From positions 1-37,406 of IMG/VR virus record IMGVR_UViG_2778261667_000012: a stretch of 37,406 bases of DNA; one strand, written 5' to 3'. The notes below the pieces were generated by a model. It made no database searches. It had not been told where the DNA came from and saw nothing but the letters and a program-made list of their open reading frames with translations. Source of the stretch: a virus. Lineage: Duplodnaviria; Heunggongvirae; Uroviricota; Caudoviricetes. Positions within the stretch are counted from its first letter, which is position 1; each line of letters opens with the position of its first letter. Positions 36,434 through 37,406 of the stretch are shown piece by piece. The position numbers were made by a program, and so were the translations under genes.

Positions 36434-36574
36434 ATGTCGCAAAAATCGCTTATGGCCATCACGTTCTGCGTGACGGCAATCCTCATCATCTGGATGCTGC
36501 ACGGTTCGCTGTGTGAAATACGGATGAGCTTCTGGGGAGCGGAGTTTGCGGCGTTCTTACAGTGTAAACAGTAA
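36434..36574 (+). CDS. Hok/Gef-family type I toxin (46 aa), not in the ORF track
   Basis: AAGGAG RBS. Translation MSQKSLMAITFCVTAILIIWMLHGSLCEIRMSFWGAEFAAFLQCKQ has an N-terminal TM helix, the LCEIR motif and an E(V/F)AAF C-terminal motif typical of Hok proteins. A 9-bp-stem hairpin follows at about 36586-36607. Confidence 0.55.
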   Translation: MSQKSLMAITFCVTAILIIWMLHGSLCEIRMSFWGAEFAAFLQCKQ

Positions 36575-36714
36575 GGAAACCGCGACGGGGGAGCAATCCC
36601 CCGTCAATCGGTTGCTAAGGCAAGGTCGTAAAGGCACCCTATCTCACAGGCATGTCCCCACGGCGCAAATTTTGTCTCCCTTATGAATAGGGACGACATC
36701 TGCAGTTCGTCTAC

Positions 36715-37230
36715 TTACTTAGGTTTTGCAGAAAACCACAATCCTGCCACTTGAGTAGCAATCATTGTATAACGCACTCGCTGGGTATCAAAGCGGGCCC
36801 CATTTTCATCATGATCAGCGGCAGCTTTAATCATCTTAGAAAGATGTTCGCCACGACTTTCTGCTGGAATTTCCGGTGAAAATATTTTCATCAAAACAGC
36901 CTGCAATAACAACGCCCCTAAAGCCCCGTCACCATTAGGCGATGCAAAAATAGCCGTCACATCTTTTATTTTCTTACTACCCTTATCCACAGCAACAACC
37001 AAGGCGGTCGTTTCACTTAAATTAATTTGTGCAACATCATTAACCTCACCATGTGAAATACTTACCTTTTTACTCAATTTAAACCCAAGAGCCTTAGAGG
37101 TGCTTTTTAATTCACTGTTAAGTTTTTTATTAAATTGTTCTGCTGTTAGATCAAATGTTGAAGAGGCTAAAGATAAACCTGACCAACAAATTAGAAAGAA
37201 CAAAACCACATATTTAATAACTCTACTCAT
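36715..37230 (-). CDS. Secreted/periplasmic hypothetical protein (Sec signal peptide)
   Basis: 171 aa; N-terminus [24 protein letters not shown]… is signal-peptide-like. The gene is AT-rich. Confidence 0.5.
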   Translation of the reverse strand: MSRVIKYVVLFFLICWSGLSLASSTFDLTAEQFNKKLNSELKSTSKALGFKLSKKVSISHGEVNDVAQINLSETTALVVAVDKGSKKIKDVTAIFASPNGDGALGALLLQAVLMKIFSPEIPAESRGEHLSKMIKAAADHDENGARFDTQRVRYTMIATQVAGLWFSAKPK

Positions 37231-37406
37231 TCACTACACACCTTTTTAGAGCGGCTGATTGAGCCATCATTACAAACAAATTTTCCATCCTTAGTACAAT
37301 GTGACACCCCACCTTTACTACCAGAACATGGCTTCCGCCCACGCCCAGCATCAGCGTTCATTGACAAAACGAAACCGATACAAGCAATCACTAAAAATTT
37401 GTACAT
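37227..37406 (-). CDS. Small secreted Cys-rich peptide (59 aa); start codon at the window edge
   Basis: Translation [59 protein letters not shown]: signal peptide plus a mature region with 4 Cys. ATGA-coupled to the downstream gene. Confidence 0.35.
   Translation of the reverse strand: MYKFLVIACIGFVLSMNADAGRGRKPCSGSKGGVSHCTKDGKFVCNDGSISRSKKVCSE

Noticed and set aside
1-37406. CRISPR arrays, tRNA genes, IS elements/transposases, restriction-modification or large defence enzymes
   Set aside because: No regularly spaced direct repeats, no cloverleaf-like tRNA candidates at the prophage ends, and no transposase-, methyltransferase-, nuclease- or NTPase-like ORFs were recognised; direct repeats under about 25 bp could have been missed without a computed repeat search.

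Overview
This 37.4 kb window is almost entirely one integrated tailed prophage (about 0.94-35.7 kb) inserted immediately upstream of a complete chromosomal glutaminase gene (glsA/ybaS-type, 1..933, minus strand). All calls rest on reading the supplied ORF translations and the raw sequence; protein-family assignments are by comparison with family sequences recalled from memory, with no database search run. The prophage is a P2-family mosaic. Its integrase, C-type repressor, Cox-like regulator, replication protein A, Ogr-type zinc-finger activator and head genes (terminase, portal, scaffold, capsid, small terminase, head completion) follow the P2 pattern. The tail module is arranged differently from canonical P2: R, S, sheath, tube, then a lysis cassette (holin, 35-aa ORF, M15 endolysin), then a tail chaperone with a -1 frameshift visible at an A7 slippery site, tape measure, baseplate W/J/I-like genes, two co-oriented tail-fibre plus chaperone cassettes, and four coupled genes ending in a hub/spike protein with a His-rich apex. 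The most interesting accessory content sits between replication gene A and the ogr-portal block, the position where P2 itself carries old/tin (from memory). It holds a ParM/ParR actin-type partition cassette with upstream palindromic repeats, followed by an AT-rich gene encoding a stand-alone ClpX N-terminal zinc-binding domain fused to an unknown N-terminal domain; this is my best candidate for an undescribed host-manipulation or anti-defence function. Other points worth a second look are an opposite-strand small gene embedded in the early operon, a heavily structured 320-bp non-coding stretch, an unannotated Hok/Gef-family type I toxin ORF (36434..36574), and two AT-rich secreted-protein genes at the right edge. 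The exact attL/attR cores and the cos site could not be identified by eye, and no CRISPR array, tRNA, IS element or recognisable restriction/abortive-infection enzyme was seen.
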